Below, piece after piece: positions 37,510 to 51,900 of a DNA stretch of 64,000 nucleotides. The stretch is from Eledone cirrhosa (Eukaryota): NCBI GenBank assembly GCA_964016885.1, contig OZ024741.1:386198001-386262000 (forward strand), written 5' to 3'. How positions within the stretch are numbered: the stretch's first letter is position 1; each line of letters starts with the position of its first letter. The notes below the pieces were generated by a model. The model worked only from the letters and a program-made list of their open reading frames with translations, had not been told where the DNA came from and made no database searches. Position numbers and translations under genes: made by a program.

Positions 37510-37740
37510 ATATATATATAAACAACTATCTGGTTGTGGAACCAACCAACCAACCAGAAATTTATAAATTTGTAAATTTATAAATATATATTAAATTAAA
37601 TTGAAGTGAAAGCAACTGGTGCGTGTGTTTCTTATTGGCAACATGACCCTCCCAAAGTATAACAATATATATATATATATATATATATATTTATTAAAAT
37701 AACAGATTAAAGTTTAAGCAAAGAATCGCTGCTTTCACCC

Positions 37741-37837
<97 letters not shown>

Positions 37838-37839
37838 GT

Positions 37840-37922
37840 GAAGGCGTGTGGCTGAGTGGTTAGAGAATTGGATTCGTGACGCGTTATGTCCTTGATCAAG
37901 ACACTTTATTTCACGTTGCTCC
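37840..37922 (+). mobile_element. Internally deleted tRNA/CORE SINE head
   Basis: GGCGTGTGGCTGAGTGGTTAGAG...CTTGATCAAGACACTTTATTTCACGTTGCTCC, matching 42195-42312. Confidence 0.65.
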
Positions 37923-38022
37923 TTCTACCTGGAGTTGCGACCGATAGATAGTATTAGCAATTGGAAAAACCAACGGAAACATTGTTCCCTCGGTCCGATT
38001 TAACGAAAGTCGATCGTTCCTG

Positions 38023-40085
38023 AAGCTACAGGCACATTTCGGCCGAACGCCACCGGCTCCGGACGCCCCAGACCCGTTTCTCGTCCTGGGCCGACGACCT
38101 TCTTCTTGGACGCCGGCCCCAGGGCAATTTAGCACCCTGGACGCGTTCGTCGATGCCAGCCGTAGCGCCGTAAATCGTTTCGACTTCCGCCACCGTTCCA
38201 AACGGAATAATATCTCACGGGGCGAACTCCTCGCTCTCCGCTCCCTCCGTAGCCGAGATGACATCGTCATCAAACCGGCGGACAAGGGAGGCGCCGTGGT
38301 GGTGTGGCGCGCGGACCTCTACACGACTGAAGCCCTCAGGCAGCTCCGTAACCCCCTCTTCTACCGCCCTCTACCCTCCGATCCCACACCCCTCTACCAA
38401 CAACAAGTTTCCTCCACCATCCAACACCTTGTCTCCTCCTCCCTCCTCCCCCCACCGCTTCCCACCTCATCGTCCGCACCCCCCACACCCCTACCATCTA
38501 CTTCCTCCCCAAACTCCACAAACCCGACAACCCCGGCCGCCCCATCGTCTCCGCTTGCAACTGCCCCACCGAACTCATCTCCGCCTTTCTCGACTCCATC
38601 CTCGCCCCCTTGTCACCACCCTCCCCTCCCACATCTCCGACACCAACCACGCCCTGCGCCTTTTCGACTCCTTCACCTACCCACCCGCCCACAGCCCTTC
38701 CTCTTCACCCTAGACATCAAGTCCCTCTATACCGTCATCCCCCACGCCGACGGCCTACGCGCCCTCAAACACTACCTCGACCTTCGCCCCTCCCCCATTC
38801 CCTCCACTCCCACCCTCCTTTGCCTCGCCGAGCTGGTCCTCACCCTCAATTGTTTCTCCTTCTCGGGTGAGTTTTACCAACAGGTCACGGGGATAGCCAT
38901 GGGTACAAGAATGGGCCCGAACTATGCCAACCTTTTTGTTGGCCATGTTGAGGCTCAAATCTTTGCCCAGTACACCGGCCCCACGCCCGAACTGTACGGT
39001 CGTTACATCGATGACTGTATCGGAACCACGACCCTCACCCGAGAACAGCTCGACTCCTTTCTCTCCTTCTTCTGCTCCTTCCACCCTTCCCTCCACTTCA
39101 CCACCTCTATCTCCACCACCCACGTCCACTTCTTAGACATCTCCGTCGCCTTCGACCCCTCCCACCACTCCCTCGTCACCTCCGCCTTCTTCAAACCCAC
39201 GGACTCCCACTCTTACCTCGACTTCACCTCTTCCCACCCCACACACACTAAACACTCTATTCCCTACTCCTAACTCCTCAGGATCCGCCGCCTCTGTAGC
39301 CGAGATGCTGACTTTGAGTCCCAGGCCCTTTCCCTAGTCAGCCATTTCATCCGTAGAGGTTCCCCCCCCGCGTCCCCCCTTTCGTCCACACCGCTCTCAC
39401 CCGCGCCGTGCTGTCCACCGCTCCACCACCCTCACCCCACGCCACCGTACACCCACCCACCGTCTCCCCTTCCCCATCACCTACAACCCCTCCACCTTAC
39501 CCCTCCACCGCACCATCCGCCACCTCTTCCGACGCCTCCAGTCCGACCCCTCCACCTCCCACATCTTCCCAACCCCACCACTCCCCTCCTTCAAACGCGC
39601 ACGCAATCTCCGCACCCTCCTCGTCCACAGCTCCCTACCCCCCAACCCACGCTCTCTTTCCCCCTCCGGTTCCTTTCCCTGTTCTAGGCCCCACTGAAAC
39701 ACCTGTCCCCATATCACCAACACCACCACCTTCCAGGGTCCCAACAGCCACTCTCTCTCTGTCCGGCATGCCTTCCGCTGCACCTCCTCCAACCTAGTTT
39801 ACGGACTTCGCTGCACGGAGTGCAGAGCGACTTACGTCGGACAGACGGGACGTCGCCTGGCGGACAGATTCACTGAGCACCTCCGGGATATTCGTCTCGG
39901 TAGTAGTTCCCCCATCGCCCGCCACTTTGGTGCCCCAGGACATTCCGCATGCCATCTCACAGTCTGTGGCCTACTCCAATGCCACGGAACACCCGTCAAT
40001 CTCCTCAGAGTTGAACAAAGAACCATCTTCATCTTAAAGACCCACACTCCCCCCCCGGCCTGAACTCCCCACCCTTATTCCTTTA
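38023..40085 (+). pseudogene. Penelope RT / GIY-YIG endonuclease ORF, disrupted
   Basis: Frameshifts near 38455, 38605, ~39370-39420 and 40055, stops at 39271 and 39695. GIY-YIG reads NLVYGLRCTECRATYVGQTGRRLADRFTEH...ARHF...EQRTIFILKTHTP.GLN. Confidence 0.88.
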
Positions 40086-41505
40086 GCCTTCGACCGCCCC
40101 CTCCTCCCACACATACCCCCCACCAACACCACTAACACACCCCTCCTTTTCACCGCCCACCCCACAACTAACAATACTTACACCTCCACTCCACCTCTCA
40201 TCCGACCACCCTTCCCCAACTAACATACTAACATCCCTCCCTTCTTCTCCTCCCCTCCTCCTTATCACACGCACACACCCACCGGCACATATATACACGC
40301 GCTCACACTAAACACACACCCTACTACCACCATTAACCCTCACCCCCACACATCCACCCACCACCCCGCAACTAACATCACTAACACCCCCTGACTCCAA
40401 GCACACGAACACACGCACCCACTTACACCACCCACCCTACACGCAACTAACATCACTAACACCCCCCAACCCCACGCACACGTACACACACACCCTCTTA
40501 CACCACCAACTCTACACACCCTACCACCACTAACCCCCACTCACACCCGCATTCAAACCTTTCTCCACCTCCCGTATACTAACACCCACTAACACCGCCT
40601 TCATCAAACTACACACACACCAGTACACCACACTCCCTCCATCGACCACCACACCCTTCTCTCCCCGTTCCACCCACACCCTTTCTCAAACACTCACTCA
40701 TCCCACTAACACCTCTACTAATACACCCCCCCTCCTCACTCCAACTTTCACACCTACCCATCCTCGCCCCTTTACCATTCCACCCTACTGCTGCTATGCC
40801 CTCTGACCACCTCCCAGCACACACAGACACACAGCACTCCTACTGCCTTGACCACTTCCTGTTGCGCGCGCACCCCACATCTCCACTCTTCCGACCATCT
40901 CTTCACGGATTACTCGTATGTGGATCTTGACCGCGGAATCAACTACCATCTTAGGATTTTACTAACCATTCCACCACATCTTCTTACGGAATCACCTTTT
41001 TGACTCACCCACACACACACCCAAACAATTTTTTTTTCCCACACGCCACCTACACCCACAACACGCTTAAACCCCACACACACGTGCGTTCCACCACATA
41101 TTTACACATTCAGCCTCCGGATTCCTCTCCCCCCACCCTTCCATCCACACACGCACACACACTCCGACCTACACCCCACCCCGCACACACCTCTTCCTGA
41201 ACATGCAACCCCGTTCTTCCCCCAACCCTTGCTTTCACATACACACACACACACGTACACCTGCACACACACACCACCTTCAGCCCTCCCCGCTCGGACA
41301 CCCCGTCTTCCTCTCCCCACTCCACCGCCACCACCCCTACACGCCCCACACCCTTCCACCACCTGTTTTACCCCATTTTAATTTTATTTTGATCATGCTT
41401 TTATTTTTAATTTCATTCGCACCGTTTCCTCCCACCCCCTTTTCGCTATATGTCTCTCCACCACTCCCCTACACACCCTTTGAACTCTCTTCCCACACAC
41501 TTTTC

Positions 41506-41537
41506 ACCTGAAGAAGGGCTTATGTCCGAAACGTCGT
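41506..41537 (+). ncRNA. Minimal hammerhead ribozyme of the Penelope 3' terminus
   Basis: CTGAAGA-A-GGGC(ttat)GTCC-GAAA-CG-TC. Intact boxes, 4-bp stem II, palindromic ACGT stem III, GUC site. Stem I is only ~2 bp locally. Confidence 0.75.
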
Positions 41538-41578
41538 TCCCACCAGCACCCCACTCTCAAGAGCGTGAAATTAATAAA

Positions 41579-42194
<616 letters not shown>

Positions 42195-42527
42195 GAGGCA
42201 CATGGCTTAGTGGTTAGAGCATTGGCCTTGCAATCGAAAGGTTGTGAGTTCAATTCTCAGACCGGGTGATGTGGTGTGTACTTGAGCAAGACACTTTATT
42301 TCACATTGCTCCAGTTTACTCAGCTGTAGAAATGAGATGATAGGGACTGGGGTCTGCAAAGTGGTCGTGGAGGTGCCACGGCAAAAAAAGCACCCACCAC
42401 TCACTGTAAATGAGGTTGGTGTTAGGAAGGGCATCCAGCTGTAGAAATCAAGCCAGAATCAGTTCCCGTCCCACCCTTGCAAGCAGGGAAAAAGCGGACG
42501 TAAAATGAAATGATGATGATGATGATG

Positions 42528-42529
<2 letters not shown>
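42195..42529 (+). mobile_element. Full-length tRNA-derived CORE-type SINE with RTE 3' tail
   Basis: A box TGGCTTAGTGG, B box GAGTTCAATTC, CORE-like CTTGAGCAAGACACTTTATTTCACATTGCTCCAGTTTACTCAGCTGTAGAAATGAG. 42356-42465 matches RTE UTR 19767-19921. (ATG)n tail. Confidence 0.85.
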
Positions 42530-42615
<86 letters not shown>

Positions 42616-42799
42616 GGCAACACTCATCTTTTTCCATTTCTCCAAGGGTTTTAAACCCCACCACCAGGCTAGAAATTTCTTTAGTCTAAAATACGGTGAA
42701 AGCTTATAATTTCTAATTTCTAATTTCAAACTCGCGCACCGTTTCAAAAAACATACTTACATGTTTACGTTTATAATTTGCTTACACACACACTCACAT

Positions 42800-43084
42800 G
42801 TGGAGACATGTGGCCTAGTGGTAAGGGTGTTGGACTTACGATCATAATGTTGTGGGTTCGATTCCTGGGTTGCGTGTTGTGTTCTTGAGCAAAACACTTC
42901 ATTTCACATTGCTCCAGTATACTCACATGGAAATGCGTACCAGCAATAGCCGGGGGCTTGACCCTGCAATGGACTGGCATCCTATCCAGGGCGAAGGGAG
43001 TCTCATACTCTCAGTCGCTTCCTGAAACCACGATAAGCACCGCCCAAATGAGCCTTCTGGCTTAAAACAGACTTTAGACTTTAG
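42800..43084 (+). mobile_element. tRNA-derived CORE-type SINE with a different 3' half, 10-bp TSD
   Basis: A box TGGCCTAGTGG, B box GGTTCGATTCC, CORE-like body, ACCCTGCAATGGACTGGCATCCTATCCAGGG segment, (AGACTTT)2 tail. ACACTCACAT at 42790-99 and 43087-96. Confidence 0.8.
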
Positions 43085-43529
43085 ATACACTCACATACAC
43101 AGACATATATAGAATATTAAATTTGTGTATTTTGTGGAGATTTTCATTGATTTATTTTTTTTATAATTTCCAATGAAAAACAAAGCAAACCATTATGTTA
43201 TCATTATCATATATGTTCCTATCCACATCACTCTGCATTCAAATCAAATACTGCTTCATTGCTTTTACACATTTATGGCAAAGGAAATTGTAGAAGGGCT
43301 GAAAACCTCCATAACCCCATACAAAAACCTAAAGTAGAAAAGAAAAAGAACCCAGATGATTGTTGTTGTTTATGCTATTGCCTATGCAGTTGCTGATGTT
43401 GTTGTTGTTGTTTCTATTATTGTCCCCCTTCTCCACCATTGTTGTCTTAAATGATTATAAATAATTTGTCTGTGAAGGAACTCAGTTGTCGTTTGACCCT
43501 TGAAGACAGAACTTCACTATATTGAATTG

Positions 43530-44807
43530 CACAACAACTACCAACAATACCCACTCATCATCACCACCACCACCACCAACAACAACACACCACCACCACC
43601 AACACCACCACCAACATCACCACCACCACCAAAAACAACAAAACACCACCACCAACAAAAACAACAACAACAAAAACACCACCAAAAACAACAAAACACC
43701 ACCACCACCAACATAACACCAACTACAACAACAAAAACACCACCACCACCACCACCACCACCAACATAACACCAACTACAACAACAAAAAAAAACACCAC
43801 CACCAACATAACACCAACTACAACAACAACAAAAACACCACCACCACCACCAACATAACACCAACTACAACAACAAAAACACCACCACCACCACCACCAC
43901 CACCAACATAACACCAACTACAACAACAAAAAAAACACCACCACCACCAACATAACACCAACTACAACAACAAAAAAAACACCACCACCACCAACATAAC
44001 ACCAACTACAACAACAAAAACACCACCACCACCACCACCACCAACATAACACCAACTACAACAACAAAAAAAACACCACCACCACCAACATAACACCAAC
44101 TACAACAACAAAAACACCACCACCACGACCACCACCACCACCACCAACATAACACCAACTACAACAACAAAAAAAACACCACCAACACCAACATAACACC
44201 AACTACAACAACAACAAAAATAGCACCACCACCAACAACCACACCACTACACCACCACCACCAACACCACCACAAACAACAAAAACTCCACCACCATCAA
44301 CACCACGAACATCACCATCACCACCAACAACCACACCACCACCACCACCACCAACAACGACAAAAACACCACCACCACCAACAACCATCACCACTACCAC
44401 CACCACCAACACCACCTACCACCATCACCACCACCACCACCACCACCACCACCAACAACAACACCACCACCTACCACCATCACCACTACCACCACCACCA
44501 TCACCACTACCACCACCACCACCACCACTACCACACACCAACACCACCACCAACAACAACACCACCACCAACAACACCACCACCACCACCACTACCACCA
44601 CCAACACCACCACCAACAACACCACCCACACCACCACCATCACTAACACCACCAACACCAGCACCACCACCACCACCACCAACACCAGCACCACCAACAC
44701 CACCACCAACAACGCCACCACCACCACCACCACTACCACCACCACCACCACCACCAACAACAACACCACCACCAACAACAACACCACCATCTAACACCAT
44801 CACCACT

Positions 44808-44838
<31 letters not shown>

Positions 44839-45432
44839 CCACCACCAATAACAACACCACCACCTACCACCATCACCAACACCACCTACCACCATCACCA
44901 CTACCACCACCACCACCACCAACAACAACAACACCACCACCAACAACAACACCACCACCTACCACATCACGACTACCACTACCACCACCACCACCACCAC
45001 CACCACCACCACTACCACACCACAACACCACCAACAACAACAACACCACCACCAACAACACCACCTCCACCACCACTACCACCACCACCACTACCACCAC
45101 CAACACCACCACCAACAACACCCACACCACCACCACCACTACCACCACCAACATCAACACCAGCACCACCACCACCAACACCAGCACCACCAACACCACC
45201 ACCAACAACAACCCCACCACCAACAACGCCACCACCACCACCACTACCACCACCAACACCACCACCAACAACATCCACACCACCAACAACATCCACACCA
45301 CCACCACCACCACTACCACCACCGCCAATACCAGCACCCCACCCCCACCACCACTACCACCACCACCAATACCACCACCAACACCACCACCAACAACACC
45401 CACACCACCACCACCACCACCACCAACAACAA
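43530..45432. repeat. (ACC/AAC)n array containing a ~40-50 bp minisatellite
   Basis: Unit ACCAACATAACACCAACTACAACAACAAAAAC(ACC)n repeated about 12 times at 43705-44220, then degenerate ACC/AAC. Confidence 0.95.
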
Positions 45433-45946
45433 AAGCAACAAGGCACAGCACTCTCCCTCTCTGTATTTCATACTCTTCCTTCCCTGTAAGTCTCCAGCCT
45501 TTTCCTCTACTATCCACCACTGCCCTCCTCTTCAAATCTCCATCTCTCCCACACCACTACACCCTCCCCCCATCGCTATATTTCCCTCTCTCTTTCATTC
45601 TCACTGTCCCACTCTGTATGTCATTAAACCCCCTCCTTCGGCCACTGCCACCCCCACCTCCACCTCACTGTCCGACCCACATCCACCCAATTATGCCCTC
45701 CTTCTGCCACTGACACCCCCACCTAACCCCACTGTCCCACCCACCTCCACCCCATTCTCCCCTTCCTCTTTCACTACCCACCCCCCCTCTGTAAGCCACC
45801 TGCCACTCCACAGTGCCATGATGTACACCTCCCACTGCCCCTCCTCTCCCATCTTTCCTACTTTTATAAAATATTTTCATATTTCAATCTATATTTTCCT
45901 TCTGATCAATCTGTGAATTTCTGATGTTGTGTAAAGTTGTAAAGTA

Positions 45947-48900
45947 TGGTGTGGTGTGGTGTGGTGTGGTGTGGTGTGGTGTGGTGTGGTGTGGTGTGGT
46001 GTGGTGTAGTGGGTTGTGGTGTGGTGTGGTGTGGTGTGGTGTGGTGTGGTGTGGTGTGGTGTGGTGTGGTGGGTTGTGGTGGGGTGTGGTGTGGTGTGGT
46101 GTGGTGTGGTGTGGTGTGGTGTAGTGGGTTGTGGTGTGGTGTGGTGTGGTGTGGTGTGGTGTGGTGTGGTGTGGTGTGGTGTGGTGGGTTGTGGTGTGGT
46201 GTGGTGTGGTGTGGTGTGGTGTGGTGTGGTGTGGTGTGGTGTGGTGTGCTGTGGTGTGGTGTGGTGGGTTGTGGTGTGGTGTGGTGTGGTGGGTTGTGGT
46301 GGGGTGTGGTGTGGTGTGGTGTGGTGTGGTGTGGTGTGGTGTAGTGGGTTGTGGTGTGGTGTGGTGTGGTGTGGTGTGGTGTGGTGTGGTGTGGTGTGGT
46401 GTGGTGGGTTGTGGTGTGGTGTGGTGTGGTGTGGTGTGGTGTGGTGTGGTGTGGTGTGGTGTGGTGTGGTGTGGTGTGCTGTGGTGTGGTGTGGTGGGTT
46501 GTGGTGTGGTGTGGTGTGGTGGGTTGTGGTGTGGTGTGGTGTGGTGTGGTGTGGTGTGGTGTGGTGGGTTGTGGTGTGGTGTGGTGTGGTGGGTTGTGGT
46601 GGGGTGTGGTGTGGTGTGGTGTGGTGTGGTGTGGTGTGGTGTGGTGTGGTGTGGTGTGGTGTGGTGTAGTGGGTTGTGGTGTGGTGTGGTGTGGTGTGGT
46701 GTGGTGTGGTGTGGTGTGGTGTGGTGTGGTGTGGTGGGTTGTGGTGGGGTGTGGTGTGGTGTGGTGTGGTGTGGTGTGGTGTGGTGTGGTGGGTTGTGGT
46801 GTGGTGTGGTGTGGTGGGTTGTGGTGGGGTGTGGTGTGGTGTGGTGTGGTGTGGTGTGGTGTGGTGTGGTGTGGTGTGGTGTGGTGTGGTGGGTTGTGGT
46901 GTGGTGTGGTGTGGTGTGGTGTGGTGTGGTGTGGTGTGGTGTGGTGTGCTGTGGTGTGGTGTGGTGGGTTGTGGTGTGGTGTGGTGTGGTGGGTTGTGGT
47001 GTGGTGTGGTGTGGTGTGGTGTGGTGTGGTGTGGTGTGGTGTGGTGTGGTGTGGTGGGTTGTGGTGGGGTGTGGTGTGGTGTAGTGTGGTGTGGTGTGGT
47101 GTGGTGTGCTGTGGTGTGGTGTGGTGGGTTGTGGTGTGGTGTGGTGTGGTGGGTTGTGGTGTGGTGTGGTGTGGTGTGGTGTGGTGTGGTGTGGTGTGGT
47201 GTGGTGTGGTGTGGTGGGTTGTGGTGGGGTGTGGTGTGGTGTGGTGTGGTGTGGTGTGGTGTGGTGTGGTGTGGTGGGTTGTGGTGTGGTGTGGTGTGGT
47301 GGGTTGTGATGTGGTGTGGTGTGGTGTGGTGTGGTGTGGTGTGGTGTGGTGTGGTGTGGTGTGGTGTGGTGCGGTGTGGTGTGGTGTGGTGGGTTGTGGT
47401 GGGGTGTGGTGTGGTGTGGTGTGGTGTGGTGTGGTGTGGTGTGGTGTGGTGTGGTGTGGTGGGTTGTGGTGTGGTGTGGTGTGGTGGGTTGTGGTGGGGT
47501 GTGGTGTGGTGTGGTGTGGTGTGGTGTGGTGTGGTGTGGTGTGGTGGGTTGTGGTGTGGTGTGGTGTGGTGGGTTGTGGTGGGGTGTGGTGTGGTGTGGT
47601 GTGGTGTGGTGTGGTGTGGTGTGGTGTGGTGTGGTGTGGTGTGGTGGGTTGTGGTGTGGTGTGGTGTGGTGGGTTGTGGTGGGGTGTGGTGTGGTGTGGT
47701 GTGGTGTGGTGTGGTGTGGTGTGGTGTGGTGGGTTGTGGTGTGGTGTGGTGTGGTGGGTTGTGGTGGGGTGTGGTGTGGTGTGGTGTGGTGTGGTGTGGT
47801 GTGGTGTGGTGTGGTGGGTTGTGGTGTGGTGTGGTGTGGTGGGTTGTGGTGGGGTGTGGTGTGGTGTGGTGTGGTGTGGTGTGGTGTGGTGTGGTGGGTT
47901 GTGGTGTGGTGTGGTGTGGTGGGTTGTGGTGGGGTGTGGTGTGGTGTGGTGTGGTGTGGTGTGGTGTGGTGTGGTGTGGTGTGGTGTGGTGGGTTGTGGT
48001 GTGGTGTGGTGTGGTGGGTTGTGGTGTGGTGTGGTGTGGTGTGGTGTGGTGTGGTGTGGTGTGGTGGGTTGTGGTGTGGTGTGGTGTGGTGGGTTGTGGT
48101 GTGGTGGGTTGTGGTGTGGTGTGGTGTGGTGGGTTGTGGTGGGGTGTGGTGTGGTGTGGTGTGGTGTGGTGTGGTGTGGTGTGGTGTGGTGTGGTGGGTT
48201 GTGGTGTGGTGTGGTGTGGTGGGTTGTGGTGTGGTGTGGTGTGGTGTGGTGTGCTGTGCTGTGGTGTGGTGTGGTGTGGTGGGTTGTGGTGTGGTGTGGT
48301 GTGGTGTGGTGGGTTGTGGTGTGATGTGGTGTGGTGTGGTGTGGTGTGGTGTGGTGTTGTGTGATGTGGTGTGGTGTGGTGTGGTGTGCTGTGGTGTGGT
48401 GTGGTGTGGTGGGTTGTGGTGTGGTGTGGTGTGGTGTGGTGGGTTGTGGTGTGGTGTGGTGTGGTGTGGTGTGGTGTGGTCTGGTGTGGTGTGGTGGGTT
48501 GTGGTGTGGTGTGGTGTGGTGTGGTGTGCTGTGCTGTGGTGTGGTGTGGTGTGGTGGGTTGTGGTGTGGTGTGGTGTGGTGTGGTGGGTTGTGGTGTGGT
48601 GTGGTGTGGTGTGGTGTGGTCTGGTGTGGTGTGGTGGGTTGTGGTGTGGTGTGGTGTAGTGTGGTGTGCTGTGCTGTGGTGTGGTGTGGTGGGTTGTGGT
48701 GTGGTGTGGTGTGGTGTGGTGTGGTGGGTTGTGGTGTGGTGTGGTGTGGTGTGGTGTGGTGGGTGTGGTGTGGTGTGGTGTGGTGTAGTGGGTTGTGGTG
48801 TGGTGTGGTGTGGTGTGGTGTGGTGTGGTGTGGTGTGCTGTGGTGTGGTGTGGTGTGGTGTGGTGTGGTGTGGTGTGGTGGGTTGTGGTGTGGTGTGGTG

Positions 48901-51900
48901 TGGTGGGTTGTGGTGTGGTGTGGTGTGGTGTGGTGTGGTGTGGTGTGGTGTGGTGTGGTGTGGTGGGTTGTGGTGTGGTGTGGTGTGGTGTGGTGTGCTG
49001 TGCTGTGGTGTGGTGTGGTGTGGTGGGTTGTGGTGTGGTGTGGTGTGGTGTGGTGGGTTGTGGTGTGGTGTGGTGTGGTGTGGTGTTGTGCGGTGTGGTG
49101 TGCTGTGGTGTGGTGTGGTATGGTGGGCTGTGGAGTGGTGTGATGTGGTGTGGTGTGGTGTGGTGTGGTGTGGTGTGGTGGGTTGTGGTGTGGTATGGTG
49201 TGGTGTGGTGTGGTGTGGTGTGGTGTGGTATGGTGGGTTGTGGTGTGGTGTGGTGTGGTGTGGTGTGGTGTGGTGTGGTGTGGTGGGTTGTGGTGTGGTG
49301 TGGTGTGGTGGGGTGTGGTGTGGTGTGGTGTGGTGTGGTGGGTTGTGGAGTGGTGTGGTGTGGTGTGGTGTGGTGTGGTGGGTTGTGGTGTGGTGTGGTG
49401 TGGTGTGGTGTGGTGTGGTGTGCTGTGATGTGGTGTGGTATGGTGGGCTGTAGAGTGGTGTAGTGTGGTGTGGTGTGGTGTGGTGTGGTGTGGTATGGTG
49501 TGGTGTGGTCTGGTGTGGTGTGGTGTGCTGTGGCGTGTTGTGGTGTGGTGGGTTGAGGTGTGGTGTTGTGTGGTGTGGTGTTGTGTGTGTGGTGTGGTAT
49601 GGTGTGGTGTGGTGGGTTGTGGTATGGTGTGGTGTGGTGTGTTGTGGTGTGGTGTGGTGTGGAGTGGTATGGTGTGGTGTGGTGTAGTGTGGTGGGGTGT
49701 GGTGTGGTGTGGTGTGGTGTGGTGTGGTGGGTTGTGGTGTGCTGTGGTGTGGTGTGTTGTGGTGTGGTGTTGTGTGGAGTGGTATGGTGTGGTGTGGTGT
49801 AGTGTGGTGGGGTGTGGTGTGGTGTGGTGTGGTGTGGTGTGGTGTGCTGTGGTGTGGTGTGGTGGGGTGTGGTGTGGTGTGGTGTGGTGTGGTAGGTAGT
49901 GGTGTGGTGTGGTGTGGTGTGGTGTGGTGGGTTGTGGTGTTGTGTGGTGTGTTGTGGTGTGGTGTGGTGGGTTGTGGTGTGCTGTGGTGTGGTGTGTTGT
50001 GGTGTGGTGTAGTGTGGAGTGGTGTGGTGTGGTGTGGTGTGGTGTGGTGTGGTATGGTGGGTTGTGGTGTGGTGTGGTGTGGTGGGTTGTGCTGTGGTGT
50101 GGTGTGGTGGGTTGTGGTGTGGTGTGGTGTGGCGGGCGTGGTGTGGTGGGTTGTGGTGTGGTGTGGTGTGGTGTGGTGGGTTGTGGTGTAGTGTGGTGTG
50201 GTGTGGTGTGGTGTGGTGTGTTGGGTTGTGGTGTGGTGTGGTGTGGTGGGTTGTGGTGTGGTTTGGTGTGGTGTGGTGTAGCGTGGTGGTTGTGGTGTGG
50301 TGTGGTGTGGTGGGTTGTGGTGTGGTATGGTGTGGTGTGGTGTAGTGCGTTGTGGTGTGGTGTGGTATCGTGTGGTGTGGTGTGGTATGTTGTGGTGGGT
50401 TGTGGTGTGTTGGGTTGTGGAGTGGTTTGGTGTGGTGTGGTGTGGATTTGGTGTGCTGTGGTGTGGTGTGGTGTGGTGGGTTGTGGTGGGTTGTGGTGTG
50501 GTGTGGTGTGGTGCGGTGTGGTGTGCTGTAGTGTGGTGTGGTATGGTGGGCTGTGGAGTGGTGTGGTGTGGTGTGGTGTGGTGTGGTGTGGTGTGGTGTG
50601 GTGGGTTGTGGTGTGGTGTAGTGTGGTGTGGTGTGGTGTGGTGTGGCGTGGTATGGTGGGTTGTGGTGTGGTGTGGTGTGGTGTGGTGTGGTGTGGTGTG
50701 GTGTGGTGTGGTGTGGTGTGGTGGGTTGTGGTGTGGTGTGGTGTGGTGTGGTGGGGTGTGGTGTGGTGTGGTGTGGTGTGGTGTGGTGGGTTGTGGAGTG
50801 GTGTGGTGTGGTGTGGTGTGGTGTGGTGGGTTGTGGTGTGGTGTGGTGTGGTGTGGTGTGCTGTGATGTGGTGTGGTATGGTGGGCTGTAGAGTGGTGTG
50901 GTGTGGTGTGGTGTGGTGGGTTGTGGTGTAGTGTGGTGTGGTGTGGTGGGTTGTGTTGTGTTGTGGTGTTGTGTGCTGTGGTGTATTGGGTTGTGGTGTG
51001 TTGGGTTGTGGTGTGGTGTTTGTGTGGTGTGGTTTAGTGTGGTGTGGTATGTTGTGGTATGTTGTGTTGTGGTGTGGTGTGGTGTGGTGTGGTGTGGTAT
51101 GTTGTGGTATGTTGTGTTGTGTTGTGGTGTGGTGTGGTGTGTTGTGTTATGTTGAGTTGTGTTGTGTCGCGTTGTGGTGTGTTGTGGTGTGGTGTGGTGT
51201 GGTGTGGTGTGTTGTGTTGTGTTGTGTTGTGTTGTGTTGTGTTGTGGTATGGTGTGGTGTGGTTTTGGTATATTGTGGTATGTTGTGTTGTGTAGTGGTG
51301 TGGTGTGGTGTGGTGTGGTGTGGTATGTTGTGGTGTGGTATGGTGTGGTGTGGTGGGTTGTGGTGTGGTGTGGTGTGGTGTGGTGGGTTGTGGTGTGGTG
51401 TGGTGTGGTGGGTTGTGGTGGGGTGTGGTGTGGTGTGGTGTGGTGTGCTGTGGTGTGGTGTGGTGTGGTGTGGTGGGTTGTGGTGTGGTGTGGTGTGGTG
51501 TGGTGTGGTGTGGTGTGGTGTGGTGGGTTGTGGTGTGGTGTGGTGTGGTGGGTTGTGGTGGGGTGTGGTGTGGTGTGGTGTGGTGTGCTGTGGTGTGGTG
51601 TGGTGTGGTGTGGTGGGTTGTGGTGTGGTGTGGTGTGGTGTGGTGTGGTGTGGTGTGGTGTGGTGGGTTGTGGTGTGGTGTGGTGTGGTGTGGTGTGCTG
51701 TGCTGTGGTGTGGTGTGGTGTGGTGGGTTGTGGTGTGGTGTGGTGTGGTGTGGTGGGTTGTGTGGTGTGGTGTGGTGTGGTGTGGTGTGGTGTGGTGTGG
51801 TGTGGTGTGGTGTGGTGTGGTGTGGTGGGTTGTGGTGTGGTGTGGTGTGGTGTGCTGTGGTGTGGTGTGGTGTGGTGTGGTGGGTTGTGGTGTGGTGTGG

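Larger units (their letters stand above)
36653..37668. mobile_element. ~1 kb near-perfect palindrome of family A termini, each arm with a hammerhead
   Basis: Arms 36653-37145 and 37154-37668, 8-nt spacer TGATGTTG, a small duplication in the right arm, and a ~55-bp extension (36597-36652) on the left only. (TA)n both sides. Confidence 0.85.

Noticed and set aside
42195-42870. tRNA genes at 42195 and 42801
   Set aside because: A and B boxes are present but run into CORE-like bodies and LINE-type tails, one with a TSD, so these are SINE heads.
43705-44220. CRISPR-like repeat-spacer array
   Set aside because: The spacers are only variable ACC and A runs, the context is eukaryotic and there are no cas genes.
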